Positions 9,105-19,124 of a DNA stretch of 64,000 bases are shown here, in pieces. The DNA lies in contig CAIYBN010000039.1 of assembly GCA_903924465.1 (NCBI GenBank), positions 14,256 to 78,255 of the forward strand, in the 5' to 3' direction. Under the pieces are notes generated by a model. The model worked only from the letters and a program-made list of their open reading frames with translations, did no database searches and was not told the DNA's origin. The position numbers and the translations under genes are program-made. Numbering within the stretch: position 1 is the stretch's first letter; each line of letters opens with the position of its first letter. Origin of the DNA: an uncultured Myxococcales bacterium. GTDB lineage: Bacteria; Myxococcota_A; UBA9042.

Positions 9105-11654
9105 TCATGGGTAAGACCTCATGCAGCGCAAGCCGATGTTGTACCAGGCGGCGGACGGGCCGCCCGTGCCGCGAAGGCCCGCACGCAGGACGACAGCGTC
9201 ATAATCGAGGCTGCCGCCACGATAGACCCGGTAGGAGGCGCTGCCAGGCCCACCTGGATCCGTCACCGCACCTGAACTGTACAGCCCGTACCAATCGCGG
9301 TTCCACTCCCAGACGTTGCCCGCCATGTCGTGCAAGCCATACGGGCTGTCACCGGCTGGAGTCGAGCCCACGGCCCACGTCGCGTTCGTTCCGCAGCCGC
9401 TGGTGCTCCCGTCGTACATGACCGCGTAGCTGCACGTCGCCGGCGCCTCGCCCCAGGGATACGTCCGCATCGCCTTGGCACAATTCGGGTCGTTTGCGGT
9501 GCTGCCATTCTTCTCGCAGCTGCCCCGCGCCGCCATTTCCCACTGCGCCTCGGTTGGCAAGTCGAAGCCGGCGCCACGCCACTTGCAGTACGCCTGCGAC
9601 TGCGTCCACGTCACGTAGTTCACCGGATTGTCCGTCAGCCCCGGGTACGCCGCGTCCCACGCCGGCTGCACCGAGGACGGCACCGTGCAGACGCCCGCGT
9701 CCACGCACGCTTCGTATTGTCCAACGGTCGTCTCAGTCAGGTCCATGTAATACGCCGAGAGCACCACCTTGTGCTGCGGATTCTCATTGCTTATGCAGTC
9801 GCTGTCCTTGGCGCTGTTGCAGCCCATCCAGAACGTCCCGGCGGGAATCAGCACCATGCCCGGCGGCGGCAGCGTGCATACGCCTGCTGCGCAGATGCTG
9901 TCGGTCCCGCACGTCGTTTCGTCCGGCAAGTTGGTGTGCCAGCACCCCGCGTGCACGGCATCGCAGAGGTCGGCGGTGCAAGGGTTGGCGTCATCGCACG
10001 CCGTGAGCGCAAGTGGCAAGCAGACGCCGGATTCGGCGCAGGTGGTGTGGCCGAAGGCGTCGGTGCGCAGGAAGAGGGCGTCGGTGGTGTTCATGCCGGT
10101 ACTCACTGCACCGACAGCAGCCAGATGGCCGGTCGCGGAGTCGCCGAGCACGGCATTGCCGCGCGATGGTAGGCCGGGCAGGACATCATGCCAGATGAGC
10201 GCGCCCATTGCGTCGAGACGCAGCAGCCAGAACTGTCCGTCCGCATGGGTGGAGGATGGGGGCGCATCGCGCGTTCCCGTCATTGCGAAACCACCGTCCG
10301 CGAGCACCGCGACGCTGTCGCACGCGTCGTTCTTCGGGCCGCCAAACTTCGCGTCCCAAAGCTCCTTGCCCGCGGCGTCGACGCGCACGACCCAGCAGTC
10401 GCTGTTGTCGCTACCTTTGGCCCCCGTCGCGCCAACGACAGCGAAGCCGCCGCCCAGGCTCTCCGGAACGGTGACAAGACCACGGCTCCAATCGTCGCCC
10501 GGGCCGCCATAGGTAGCCTGCCATTGCACCGCGCCATCGGCGGCCACGCGCACGAGCCACATGTCCTGGCCGCCAGCACCCTTGGATGATGTCGTGCCAC
10601 TGAACGCGAAGCCTCCGTCCGGGGACTGGACGAGGGCAGCGCCAAAGTCATCACCGGCCGCACTGTACGTCTTGCTCCACAGCTCGCTGCCATCCGCGCC
10701 ATAGCGCACGAGCGCCGCGTCCCACGTGCCGTCTGGATCCTGGATGCCCGCGACGATGATCACGCCGCCATCGCTGGTCGCGACGACTCCCTGGGCCTCG
10801 CCACCGAAGGTTGTCAGCCAACTCTTGCTCCAGAGGGTGTTGCCGCTTGCGTCCGTGCGCACGGTCCAGACTTGCCAACCTTCGAAGCCTTGGTAGGAAA
10901 TCGTTTTCCAACCCGCCAACGCATAACCGCCATCAGCCATTGCTGCGATGGCGTTGGCGCCCGCTAAATCGCTGTACGTGCGGTCCCAGAGCTTCTTGCC
11001 AAACGCGTCAGTGACGATGAGCCACATGTCAAGAGCGAACACGGAGCCGGCGATTGCATATCCGCCGGCAAGGGTGCGGACCACACCTTGTGCCATGTTG
11101 TGCTGGCCATCGGCTGTCTGCGTGCCTGGTTCGTAGAGATTGACGCCAAGCAATCCCGCTCCGACGCAACTTCCGCCTTGGCACGTGTCGCCGATGGTAC
11201 ACGCAGTTCCATCGTCGCATGACCCGCTGTTGGCCGTGTGCGTGCACCCGCTGGCGAGGTCGCAGCTGTCGTCCGTGCAGACGTTGCCATCCGCGCAATC
11301 CGTCACCGCGCCGGGCAAGCAGACGCCGTCCACGCATGCGTCGCCGACGGTGCATGTGTTGCCGTCCTCACATGGCCCGAGTACGCCGATGTGCACGCAA
11401 GTTCCACCGACACAGTTGTCCTGGGTGCAAATGCTGCCGTCGTCGCAGTTCTTGCCAGCGCATGGGTCTGCGGGAACGTCCGGCTGCGCATCCGCGACGA
11501 CATCCGCGGCATCGGACTGCGCATCCGTGCCGAGACTGACTGCCGCATCCACAGCGGAATCGATGTCGGCATGGACAAAATCTACCGGTGCGACAGGCAT
11601 ATCGGGCGCGCAGCCAAGGACGAGCATGAGAACGGCGAGACCGACGGCGCGCAT
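9105..11654 (-). CDS. Lipoprotein with Cys-rich repeats, a beta-propeller-like region and a C-terminal FGE-sulfatase (SUMF1/EgtB-like) domain
   Basis: MRAVGLAVLMLVLGC lipobox after GGAGG; CDDGNxCTxD repeats; repeated W-x-V-R-x-D-A-x-G-x-x-x-W blades; LPTEAQWEMAARG, YPWG, SPYGLHDMAGNVWEW, RGGS...GLRC. Confidence 0.85.
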   Translation of the reverse strand: MRAVGLAVLMLVLGCAPDMPVAPVDFVHADIDSAVDAAVSLGTDAQSDAADVVADAQPDVPADPCAGKNCDDGSICTQDNCVGGTCVHIGVLGPCEDGNTCTVGDACVDGVCLPGAVTDCADGNVCTDDSCDLASGCTHTANSGSCDDGTACTIGDTCQGGSCVGAGLLGVNLYEPGTQTADGQHNMAQGVVRTLAGGYAIAGSVFALDMWLIVTDAFGKKLWDRTYSDLAGANAIAAMADGGYALAGWKTISYQGFEGWQVWTVRTDASGNTLWSKSWLTTFGGEAQGVVATSDGGVIIVAGIQDPDGTWDAALVRYGADGSELWSKTYSAAGDDFGAALVQSPDGGFAFSGTTSSKGAGGQDMWLVRVAADGAVQWQATYGGPGDDWSRGLVTVPESLGGGFAVVGATGAKGSDNSDCWVVRVDAAGKELWDAKFGGPKNDACDSVAVLADGGFAMTGTRDAPPSSTHADGQFWLLRLDAMGALIWHDVLPGLPSRGNAVLGDSATGHLAAVGAVSTGMNTTDALFLRTDAFGHTTCAESGVCLPLALTACDDANPCTADLCDAVHAGCWHTNLPDETTCGTDSICAAGVCTLPPPGMVLIPAGTFWMGCNSAKDSDCISNENPQHKVVLSAYYMDLTETTVGQYEACVDAGVCTVPSSVQPAWDAAYPGLTDNPVNYVTWTQSQAYCKWRGAGFDLPTEAQWEMAARGSCEKNGSTANDPNCAKAMRTYPWGEAPATCSYAVMYDGSTSGCGTNATWAVGSTPAGDSPYGLHDMAGNVWEWNRDWYGLYSSGAVTDPGGPGSASYRVYRGGSLDYDAVVLRAGLRGTGGPSAAWYNIGLRCMRSYP

Positions 11655-11718
11655 TCTGACGACCTCCACGTGGCAACGGTAGCACTGGCGGGAAAGCGCG
11701 ACAAACGCGGGGCGCCGG

Positions 11719-11906
11719 TGCATCACCGATTCCGACTGCACGCCTGCGCAGTTCTGCAGCACGGCCCAGACCTGCTTGGCCGACATCTACAGCGGCGCGA
11801 TGTGCGCAGGCAGCAGCTTTATGGCTGCGCACCCAACGGCGGCGGCTACTTGGCCGGCACAAGTTGCGACGACGGGAATGCAAGCACCGCGGACCAGTGC
11901 GGCGCA
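11719..11906 (+). pseudogene. Frameshifted fragment of a Cys-rich repeat protein
   Basis: Reads CITDSDCTPAQFCSTAQTCLADIYSGAMCAG, then after a frameshift QQLYGCAPNGGGYLAGTSCDDGNASTADQCG. No start codon or signal peptide. Confidence 0.6.
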
Positions 11907-11998
11907 CGGACAGCCGATCAGTTGACGCCCTCACCTTCCACGGCCCAGACTGGCCACGACGCGTGCCAGTGGCCGGCGCGATGACGCCCGGAGTCGGC

Positions 11999-13381
11999 AT
12001 GTCGAGCGATTGCAATCCCACGGACGCACCGACGCCATCCAACTTTCCCGACTCCTTCTGGGACGAAGTCGCCCGCGGCGCGCCACGCGTCTGGCTCATC
12101 ACCTGCATCGCTGCGCTGTGCGGCAGCATCTTGGCCTTGGCTGGCGATTACACCGACATCCGCCCAGAGTTGCGCCCCATCGGTCTCGCCGCCCGTGGCT
12201 CATCGATCGCGTTTTTCGCGATCGGCATCGGGCTCGCGCGCAGGCACCCGGCGTTCGTGCGCCGTCACTATCAGGCGCTGATGCTCGGCCTGTTCCCGGC
12301 TGTTGCGATTCCAGTCACGCTCAACGGCGCGCTGGCGGCCGAGCACGGCAACCTCTACTGGTTTGGCATCCTGCAACTGGACCTCGCCGCATCGACCTTC
12401 TTCCTGATTCCTGCGCGGCTGTTTCTGGCCGGCGCGTGGCTTTCGACTGCGTTGTACGTCGCGGTGCGCCTCGGTTTTGCCAAGCGCCCGCTGAACGTCG
12501 AAGATGTGAACGTCGTGATCGGCCTCGGCATTTTCGCCCTTCTGGCGTCGTTCACGCACCACGTGATTTTGTCGTCGCGGCGAGAGAATCACGCGCAACG
12601 GCGCGACTTGCAGGAGGCGAAAGCGACCTTGGAACAGCGCGTCCAGATGCGCACTCAAGCGCTGGAAAATGCGACACAGCGGCTGACTGAGAATGAGGCC
12701 GAACTGCGCTCGCTGGCTGGCGATTTGCTGGTGGCCCGTGAAGAGGAGCGCACGAGCGTAGCGCAGGACATTCACGACGATTTGGGCCAGGTGCTGAGCC
12801 TGATTCGCATGGATCTCGCGTGGATCCGCAACCACCCGGCGATGCCGAGCGAGGAGCTGGCGAAGCGGCACGCGGCGCTCCTGGGCACAGCCGATGAAGC
12901 GCTGGGCAGCGTCCGGCGCATCGCCGCGGCGCTTCGACCACCGGTGCTGGACGACGGCGGTCTGGCGCGCGCCTTTGACTGGCAATGCCGCGAATTTTCG
13001 CAGCGGACGGCCATTGCCACGTCGCTCGCGGTCGAACTGCCACCGACCGTCGCCGCGACGCTGGATGCACAGGTGGCGACGGCGCTGTTTCGCGTGTTGC
13101 AGGAATCACTCACCAACGTCGCGCGACACGCGGAAGCGCGCGAGGTCTCGGTGCATCTGAGCTGGTCAACGGATGGCCTGAAGTTGCTGGTTCGCGACGA
13201 CGGCATCGGCCTCGACGCTGGGCATCCTGGCGGCCGCCGACCGCTTGGAATTCTCGGGATGCGCGAGCGAGCGCTCGCCGTGGGCGGTACACTGGCCATC
13301 GGCAAGGGGCTCGCGGGGCTCGGCACTGAAGTGGTGATGACCGTTCCACCCGCCACGGAATCCTGGGAGACGACGGAATGA
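11999..13381 (+). CDS. Membrane-bound sensor histidine kinase (HisKA_3, NarX/UhpB type)
   Basis: About 6 TM segments, coiled coil, ERTSVAQDIHDDLGQ H-box, FRVLQESLTNVARHA, DDGIG, GILGMRER. Start could also be 11981. Confidence 0.93.
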   Translation: MSSDCNPTDAPTPSNFPDSFWDEVARGAPRVWLITCIAALCGSILALAGDYTDIRPELRPIGLAARGSSIAFFAIGIGLARRHPAFVRRHYQALMLGLFPAVAIPVTLNGALAAEHGNLYWFGILQLDLAASTFFLIPARLFLAGAWLSTALYVAVRLGFAKRPLNVEDVNVVIGLGIFALLASFTHHVILSSRRENHAQRRDLQEAKATLEQRVQMRTQALENATQRLTENEAELRSLAGDLLVAREEERTSVAQDIHDDLGQVLSLIRMDLAWIRNHPAMPSEELAKRHAALLGTADEALGSVRRIAAALRPPVLDDGGLARAFDWQCREFSQRTAIATSLAVELPPTVAATLDAQVATALFRVLQESLTNVARHAEAREVSVHLSWSTDGLKLLVRDDGIGLDAGHPGGRRPLGILGMRERALAVGGTLAIGKGLAGLGTEVVMTVPPATESWETTE

Positions 13382-14010
13382 TTCGCGTGCTTGTGGCAGA
13401 CGACCACCCCCTGATTCGCAGCGGCGTCATCGCCATCCTCGGCGAGCATCATGATATTCACGTGGTGGCGCAGGCCGCGTCCGGGCGTGAGACGCTGGAA
13501 CTGCTTCGCAAGCATGAGGTGGATGTGCTGGTGCTTGACCTGAAAATGCCCGATGGCGGCGGGTTCGACGTGCTTGCCCAACTGGCAGGCTGGTCGACAC
13601 GGCCGCGCGTGGTCGTGCTGAGCCACTACGCCGAGGATCAACTGGCGATCCAGGCTTTGCGTGCGGGCGCTTGCGGCTACCTGCCCAAAGAGGCGGCGCC
13701 CGAGCTGCTGGTCACCGCGATCCGGCGGATTCACGCTGGCGGGCGCTTCGTCACCGACGCGTTGGCGGCGCTGCTGGTCGAAGCGGTGGATCCAACGCGC
13801 GAGAAAGAGCCGCACGAGACACTGGCGCCCCGCGAATTCCAGGTGTTCCGCCTGCTCGCCGCCGGGAAGAAAACGCCTGCCATTGCCATGGAGTTGACCA
13901 TCAGCGTGTCCACCGCCCACACGTTGCGGCGCCGCGTGCAGGAGAAACTGGGCGTCGCGAGCGATGTGGAATTGGCGCGCTATGCGTTGGATCACGGGCT
14001 GGCCGAGTAA
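13378..14010 (+). CDS. NarL/LuxR-family response regulator
   Basis: VLVADDH, LDLKMP receiver motifs and a C-terminal LuxR HTH (LAPREFQVFRLLAAG...IA.EL.IS.ST). ATGA overlap with the kinase. Confidence 0.95.
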   Translation: MIRVLVADDHPLIRSGVIAILGEHHDIHVVAQAASGRETLELLRKHEVDVLVLDLKMPDGGGFDVLAQLAGWSTRPRVVVLSHYAEDQLAIQALRAGACGYLPKEAAPELLVTAIRRIHAGGRFVTDALAALLVEAVDPTREKEPHETLAPREFQVFRLLAAGKKTPAIAMELTISVSTAHTLRRRVQEKLGVASDVELARYALDHGLAE

Positions 14011-14168
14011 GCGACGTTGCACATTTTGCTACAAGAATCGGCACGGCACGTGACAGCGCGAACGTCGCGATTTGCGTTACACTCCAGACTGGCCGCTTGG
14101 GCATTCGACTCGCTTGTCCACACCGGTCTGGCGCGTTCGGAGCCGTTTGCGGTGACACGAGGTGAGTC

Positions 14169-15644
14169 ATGATCCGCATGCCGAGCAGCGCTTCCGTGGT
14201 GCTCTGGTGTCTTGTCTGCTCCGCCTGCGGCGCTGATTTCCCGGCCACACATGAACAGGCCACGACGGACATCGGTGACGACAATGGCGATGGCAGCTTG
14301 ACTGCTGCGGACTTGGACACCGTGGGTGACAGCATTGCCGACGTTGCCGAAGACGGCACAGATTACCTCGACGCGGATGCGCAGTCCGACGCCGACGGGC
14401 TGACGGATGGCGCGCCAACCGACGGCACGGATGCGACATTCCTCGATGCGGACGCATTACCTGACGGCAACGGCGCGAGCGACGCCGACGGCGGTCCAGA
14501 TACCAACGATGTCGACGCGTACCCCGATGGCTACTGGATTTCCACGTCGTGCGTCAATCGCTGCGGTCAGCCCCCCAAGTGGGGCGCGTGCAATTGCGAC
14601 GGTGGCTGCGTGGGCGCAGGCGATTGCTGTGGCGACTTTGCCGCGCTCTGCGGCGTCACAAACGTCTGCGGCAATGGCACCTGCGAAGCTGGCGAGGACG
14701 CCGTCAATTGCCCAAGTGACTGTCCGAAACTGCCGCCGCCAATCGTGCCTTGCTTGCAGGACAAGTGCCCCGGTCCGTGGGCCGGCTGTTGGATGGACAC
14801 GCAGTGCACCACCTACCTCGGCTGCTACGCCACTTGCCTGGACGACAGCGTGACGCCCGCGGGCACCGTCTGGAAATGCATGGACGCTTGCAAGAATCAG
14901 CCGCAATTCAGCGTGACTGCGGCTGAATGGGCGGAGGCGCTCAGCGAGTGCGGCTACAAATCCGGGTGCTGGCTCTTGCCGACCACATTTGGCGCAGTCT
15001 GCGGCGACGGCGCTTGCTGGCCGACCGAAAAAGACTGCGACAAAGACTGCGGCCCGACGAAGCCATTGCCAGTGTGTGGCATCAACGGCTGCTACGCGAG
15101 CGAGACTTGGTTCAACTGCCCTGAATGCGGCTACCTGCCCTCGACGACAACAGACGACTGTCTCATCGCCAAATGCGGCGCCCAGTGGCAGACGTGCAGC
15201 ACCGCCGGCCTCGATTGCATGACGCCCGTCAAGTGCGTCGAGGCCGGCGCCAGCACCACGACCTGCGTCAAAGCGGGCACGCCACAGACCGCGACGGACT
15301 TGTTGTCGTGCGGCACTGCGACCGGCTGCCTCAAGGACAACAGCGCGTTTTCGTGCCAAGGATCCTGCGGTTTGTTCCTCGCGGGCATGCCGTGCGCGTG
15401 CAGTTCGGAGTGCAAGCAACTCAGCAACTGCTGCGCTGACTTCGACGCCACGTGCAATGGCGCGGTCTTGTGCGGCGACGGCGTCTGCAACAGCCTGGGC
15501 GGTGAGACGTCGGCGACCTGCCCGGCCGATTGCGGCACCGCGGCGACCAAGCCTTGCACGGGCAAGAGCGATTGCGCAGCAGCGGAGGTTTGCTGCGCGA
15601 AGACCGGTGGGAAGTGGTGTGTGGCGGCGGGCACTTGCCTGTAG
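14169..15644 (+). CDS. Cys-rich lipoprotein with two somatomedin-B-like domains and CG[DN]GxC repeats
   Basis: Lipobox-like CSAC; Asp-rich linker; SCVNRCG..CNCDGGC..GDCCGDF..LC and SCQGSCG..CACSSEC..NCCADF..TC. Confidence 0.8.
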   Translation: MIRMPSSASVVLWCLVCSACGADFPATHEQATTDIGDDNGDGSLTAADLDTVGDSIADVAEDGTDYLDADAQSDADGLTDGAPTDGTDATFLDADALPDGNGASDADGGPDTNDVDAYPDGYWISTSCVNRCGQPPKWGACNCDGGCVGAGDCCGDFAALCGVTNVCGNGTCEAGEDAVNCPSDCPKLPPPIVPCLQDKCPGPWAGCWMDTQCTTYLGCYATCLDDSVTPAGTVWKCMDACKNQPQFSVTAAEWAEALSECGYKSGCWLLPTTFGAVCGDGACWPTEKDCDKDCGPTKPLPVCGINGCYASETWFNCPECGYLPSTTTDDCLIAKCGAQWQTCSTAGLDCMTPVKCVEAGASTTTCVKAGTPQTATDLLSCGTATGCLKDNSAFSCQGSCGLFLAGMPCACSSECKQLSNCCADFDATCNGAVLCGDGVCNSLGGETSATCPADCGTAATKPCTGKSDCAAAEVCCAKTGGKWCVAAGTCL

Positions 15645-15768
15645 ACGCTTTCAAGCATGTGGCGTATTCCGTGTCTATGTTGGATAATCCTACACCTTGC
15701 TCTTCATCGGCCAGGAAGATACGGGAAGATTTATCATGTGGTTCAATGGCTTGTGGAATTGCCTGAAA

Positions 15769-15785
15769 TTGGCACAGCGCTTGCT
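15769..15785 (+). promoter_or_regulatory. Sigma-54 (RpoN) -24/-12 promoter
   Basis: TTGGCAC-AGCGC-TTGCT matches TGGCAC-N5-TTGC[AT]. It is 45 bp before ATG 15830 and follows an AT-rich intergenic tract. Confidence 0.8.
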
Positions 15786-15829
15786 TCCAGTTGCTGCTGT
15801 AACGAACCTCCTTGCTGACGGGAGAAACC

Positions 15830-16438
15830 ATGACAAGCTCTAGCGCCAAAGCTCGAATCGCCTTCACAACCTTCTGCGTGGTTGCGGCGCTTGCGCTGTT
15901 TGGCTGTCTTGGCGCGAACACCCCGGTAGCTCTGCCACTGACAGACGCCAGCGACGACCTGCAGCTCGTTGCCGGCCAGGACGGTGAGGACGAATCCGAT
16001 GGCAACCTCGCCGATGGCATCTGCGGCGCGGCGCAGCCCGACCCTGCGGACAAATTGTGCAGGATGTGTCTGGTGGACATGCCGGCCTACGTGACGCGAA
16101 CCGTGGACGGCGTGCACGCGCGGCTGAACGCGCTCTGCACAGAAGGCCACGGGGGCTACAACGTCTTCGAGCACATCTGCCCCAACGGCGTGCGTCAGCT
16201 CGGCTACATCGCTAACGGCTGGGATATTTGGTACTTCACGCAATCCGGAGTGTTGGTTGGCTATAGCTATCGGACAGACGTCATTTGGGACCACTGCCCG
16301 TCGGGCGTGGATGACTATGGGGACACGACGTGCAGCGATTGGACCGGCTCGGTCTACACGACGCCCAACACAACGATCTACTGCGATACCACACATTTTG
16401 ACGCGCACGTGCTCGACGCCAACTCGGGTGCAGATTGA
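15830..16438 (+). CDS. Hypothetical Cys-containing lipoprotein
   Basis: GGAGA RBS; signal ending LFGC; acidic linker; Cys-containing domain. Confidence 0.7.
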   Translation: MTSSSAKARIAFTTFCVVAALALFGCLGANTPVALPLTDASDDLQLVAGQDGEDESDGNLADGICGAAQPDPADKLCRMCLVDMPAYVTRTVDGVHARLNALCTEGHGGYNVFEHICPNGVRQLGYIANGWDIWYFTQSGVLVGYSYRTDVIWDHCPSGVDDYGDTTCSDWTGSVYTTPNTTIYCDTTHFDAHVLDANSGAD

Positions 16439-16466
16439 TGGCCACCGACCGACGAGGAGTGAGGTG

Positions 16467-17354
16467 ATGAAATTCTTGCAGCGGGCGCAACTTGGGGTCG
16501 CGGCTCTTCTGGCATTCGGCTGCACGTCTGCAATTCCCAACGCCGAAATCGCTTTGGACGCGGCATACACCGATGTCGTGGTTGTGATCGATCCTGATGC
16601 CGCTTCCGACGTCGATGTCGGGTCGAATGACGATGCGTCGGATTACGCCGTACGAAGTGCCAAGCTCGCCAGTGCCATCTGCGCCGCAATGGCTGGCTGC
16701 TGCAAGCTGCCGTCGACGAAGTGTCAGGCGGCGACGACGGCGCTACTGCTCAATCCGGGGAAGTTTCTGCCCATCGCCACTGCCGCTACCGCGCACCAAC
16801 TTGTCCTCGATCCGGCGCGCGACGCCGAATGCCAAACGGCGCTGGTGGCGATCGCCACGTTGTGCAGCAAGGACGCGACGGAAGATGCGATGGGCAAATG
16901 CCTGTTTTCTTGGGTCGATTCCGCCGCCATTGGAGCACCCTGCCACGCCACCAGTGTCGCCTGCGCGAGCGGTGCAGGCGTGTGCACGGAGTCCGCCACA
17001 GATGGAACGATCACCTGTATCCTGGCCAAAGCGTCGGGGGAAGCGTGCGACTTCGCGAGCTCCTGTCGGCTCGGCGACGTCTGCTTTGCCGACAACTGGG
17101 GGACCGGGCCGCAATACTGCGCTGCACCCAACACGGCGTGCAGCCACTACGCCGACAACCCGGACTGCGGCAAAAAGCTGACGTGCGACATGATCTACTC
17201 GTGCTCCCCAGGGTTCATTTGCAACCACAAAGGCACCTGCGACGCCGATACCCGCGCTGCCGTGGGCGAAACCTGTCAAGCCGACGGCGATTGCCGGACT
17301 GGCCTCACGTGCGTCGCCGGTCAGTGCACGGCGGCGTTTTGTGCGCAGCTGTAG
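16467..17354 (+). CDS. Hypothetical Cys-rich lipoprotein (EB/Dickkopf-like GExC..C..GxxC motifs)
   Basis: GAGG RBS; MKFLQRAQLGVAALLAFGC; ICAAMAGCC; GEACDFASSCRLGDVC; GETCQADGDCRTGLTC. Confidence 0.75.
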   Translation: MKFLQRAQLGVAALLAFGCTSAIPNAEIALDAAYTDVVVVIDPDAASDVDVGSNDDASDYAVRSAKLASAICAAMAGCCKLPSTKCQAATTALLLNPGKFLPIATAATAHQLVLDPARDAECQTALVAIATLCSKDATEDAMGKCLFSWVDSAAIGAPCHATSVACASGAGVCTESATDGTITCILAKASGEACDFASSCRLGDVCFADNWGTGPQYCAAPNTACSHYADNPDCGKKLTCDMIYSCSPGFICNHKGTCDADTRAAVGETCQADGDCRTGLTCVAGQCTAAFCAQL

Positions 17355-17414
17355 CCGCTTGAAAGGACCGCACCGATGACCGGCGTGGCGCACGAGCCGA
17401 ACGGAGATAACCGC

Positions 17415-19124
17415 ATGAAAGTCAAACACATCACCGCTTGCCTCCTGATCCTCGCCGTTGCGGCGTGCGGCCAAAAGGGCGTCATCGACCCGCCTGCGAC
17501 TTCCGACGCGAGTGATGCGACCGACGCCCTCGGCGCCGAAGTCGTCTGCGGCCAGGTCACCGACACCGCGTGTTGCCGGAATGGCGTACTGACGGTCGAT
17601 CCTTGTGTGATTGACGGCCAAATCACGTGTCTCAACGGCGGTTTTCCTTGCAACATGATGGGTGGCAAGAACAGCGAATGTGCGCAGAAGTGCGGCGCCG
17701 ACGTGCAGGGCGATACCAGCGACGCGCCGGACACCGTCGATTCCGACCCGCAGCCGTACGCGCCAGTCGCCGCGACCTTGCCGGTGCAGACGACGGGCTG
17801 CGATGCGACGTTCGCGTTCACGCCGATGCCGTCGGGCGACAGGCCGTCGAGTCTGGCACCGTGCTACGTCGGCGCGACCTGGATGGGTGGGACGCATCTG
17901 CCGTGCCTGCCTTGGGAATGGTGCGATAAGGGCATGAGCGGCGGTCCAATCGGGCCAATCGATGAACTTCCGGTCACCGGTTCGCTCACTTGCAAGCGGC
18001 CGTGCGAGACAACCGACGGGCCGTGTCCGGCGGGCACAAACTGCCAGTCGTTGGAGGTCATGGACGGCGATGTCACCCTCCAGAAGTCGGTCTGCAGCGG
18101 CACGACCGGCGGTCCGTGGCCCAATTACTCAAAAGGCGGCGCGTACCCGGCGGAAGGCGGCCTCAGCTGTTGGGCGCCGCTCGCGACCCTGGGTACCTAC
18201 GTCGCCGCCTCGCACCTGGCGCGGGTGGGCCCACATGTTTACGTGCTGACGGCACAGGCTGGCGTCTTCGCGGACGGCGCATATCACGCGGATGCGCGGC
18301 TGTGGCACGCACCGCTGCAGGTGCCGTCGGAGGCTACGATGACCGTGGTGTTTGACCAACTCACGAATGCGCCGGAGTGGACCGGGCTGGGCGCTTCCGC
18401 CGACCACCTGATCGCGTTCCAGCGCAAGGTGCCGACGCTGGGCCAGCCGCCCTCGGGTTCGCCCTGGCTGGTGCTGGCCGGCCAACCGGACTCGGCGGGC
18501 GCTGTGACGTTGACGCTGACCGGCTTGGAGATCCCGATGCCGCAGGAACCCGGACGCGCGCTGCCGGGTTCAACCCACGCTTGTGTGGCGCGGCTGGACG
18601 GCGTCAATCCCTTGCTTTCCTGCGTGCAATTCGATCCGCAGGGCGTGCCGCACGTCGCCGATCACGCGCTGAACGTGCCGGCCAAGCTGCTGAGCAATAT
18701 CGCCTGCTACAACGCCCAGATCAACCAGACGAGCGACGCGCCGTTGCGGTCGATGGCCGTGGGCGGCGGACGCATCGCCATCGTCACTGGGTCGTGCGCG
18801 CCCCCAGCACCGGCGTATCTCTACGTCGCCCCGTTTGACGAGCAAACCGACTCGGTGACCGGCGTGTGGCAGATCTGGACGCTGCCGGTGCCGCTCGGCA
18901 TGTTCGGACCGCTCCAGCTTTACAAAGATACGCTGCTGGCCAGCGACTGGACCACGCGGCTGACGGCTCAGGGACCCGGAATGTGGTATGCGTCAACGCT
19001 GAGGCCCAAAACCAATCTTGCGGTCGCGCACATCTCGGACGATGTGGTGATCGGGATTAGCTCCGACACGAGCGGCTCGGGCTTGCAGCCCACGTCTCTG
19101 TGGGCGAATCGAGTACTTTGGTGA
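17415..19124 (+). CDS. Hypothetical lipoprotein with a Cys-rich N-half and a beta-rich C-half
   Basis: GGAGA RBS; MKVKHITACLLILAVAACG lipobox; long ORF with GC3-rich codons. Confidence 0.75.
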   Translation: MKVKHITACLLILAVAACGQKGVIDPPATSDASDATDALGAEVVCGQVTDTACCRNGVLTVDPCVIDGQITCLNGGFPCNMMGGKNSECAQKCGADVQGDTSDAPDTVDSDPQPYAPVAATLPVQTTGCDATFAFTPMPSGDRPSSLAPCYVGATWMGGTHLPCLPWEWCDKGMSGGPIGPIDELPVTGSLTCKRPCETTDGPCPAGTNCQSLEVMDGDVTLQKSVCSGTTGGPWPNYSKGGAYPAEGGLSCWAPLATLGTYVAASHLARVGPHVYVLTAQAGVFADGAYHADARLWHAPLQVPSEATMTVVFDQLTNAPEWTGLGASADHLIAFQRKVPTLGQPPSGSPWLVLAGQPDSAGAVTLTLTGLEIPMPQEPGRALPGSTHACVARLDGVNPLLSCVQFDPQGVPHVADHALNVPAKLLSNIACYNAQINQTSDAPLRSMAVGGGRIAIVTGSCAPPAPAYLYVAPFDEQTDSVTGVWQIWTLPVPLGMFGPLQLYKDTLLASDWTTRLTAQGPGMWYASTLRPKTNLAVAHISDDVVIGISSDTSGSGLQPTSLWANRVLW

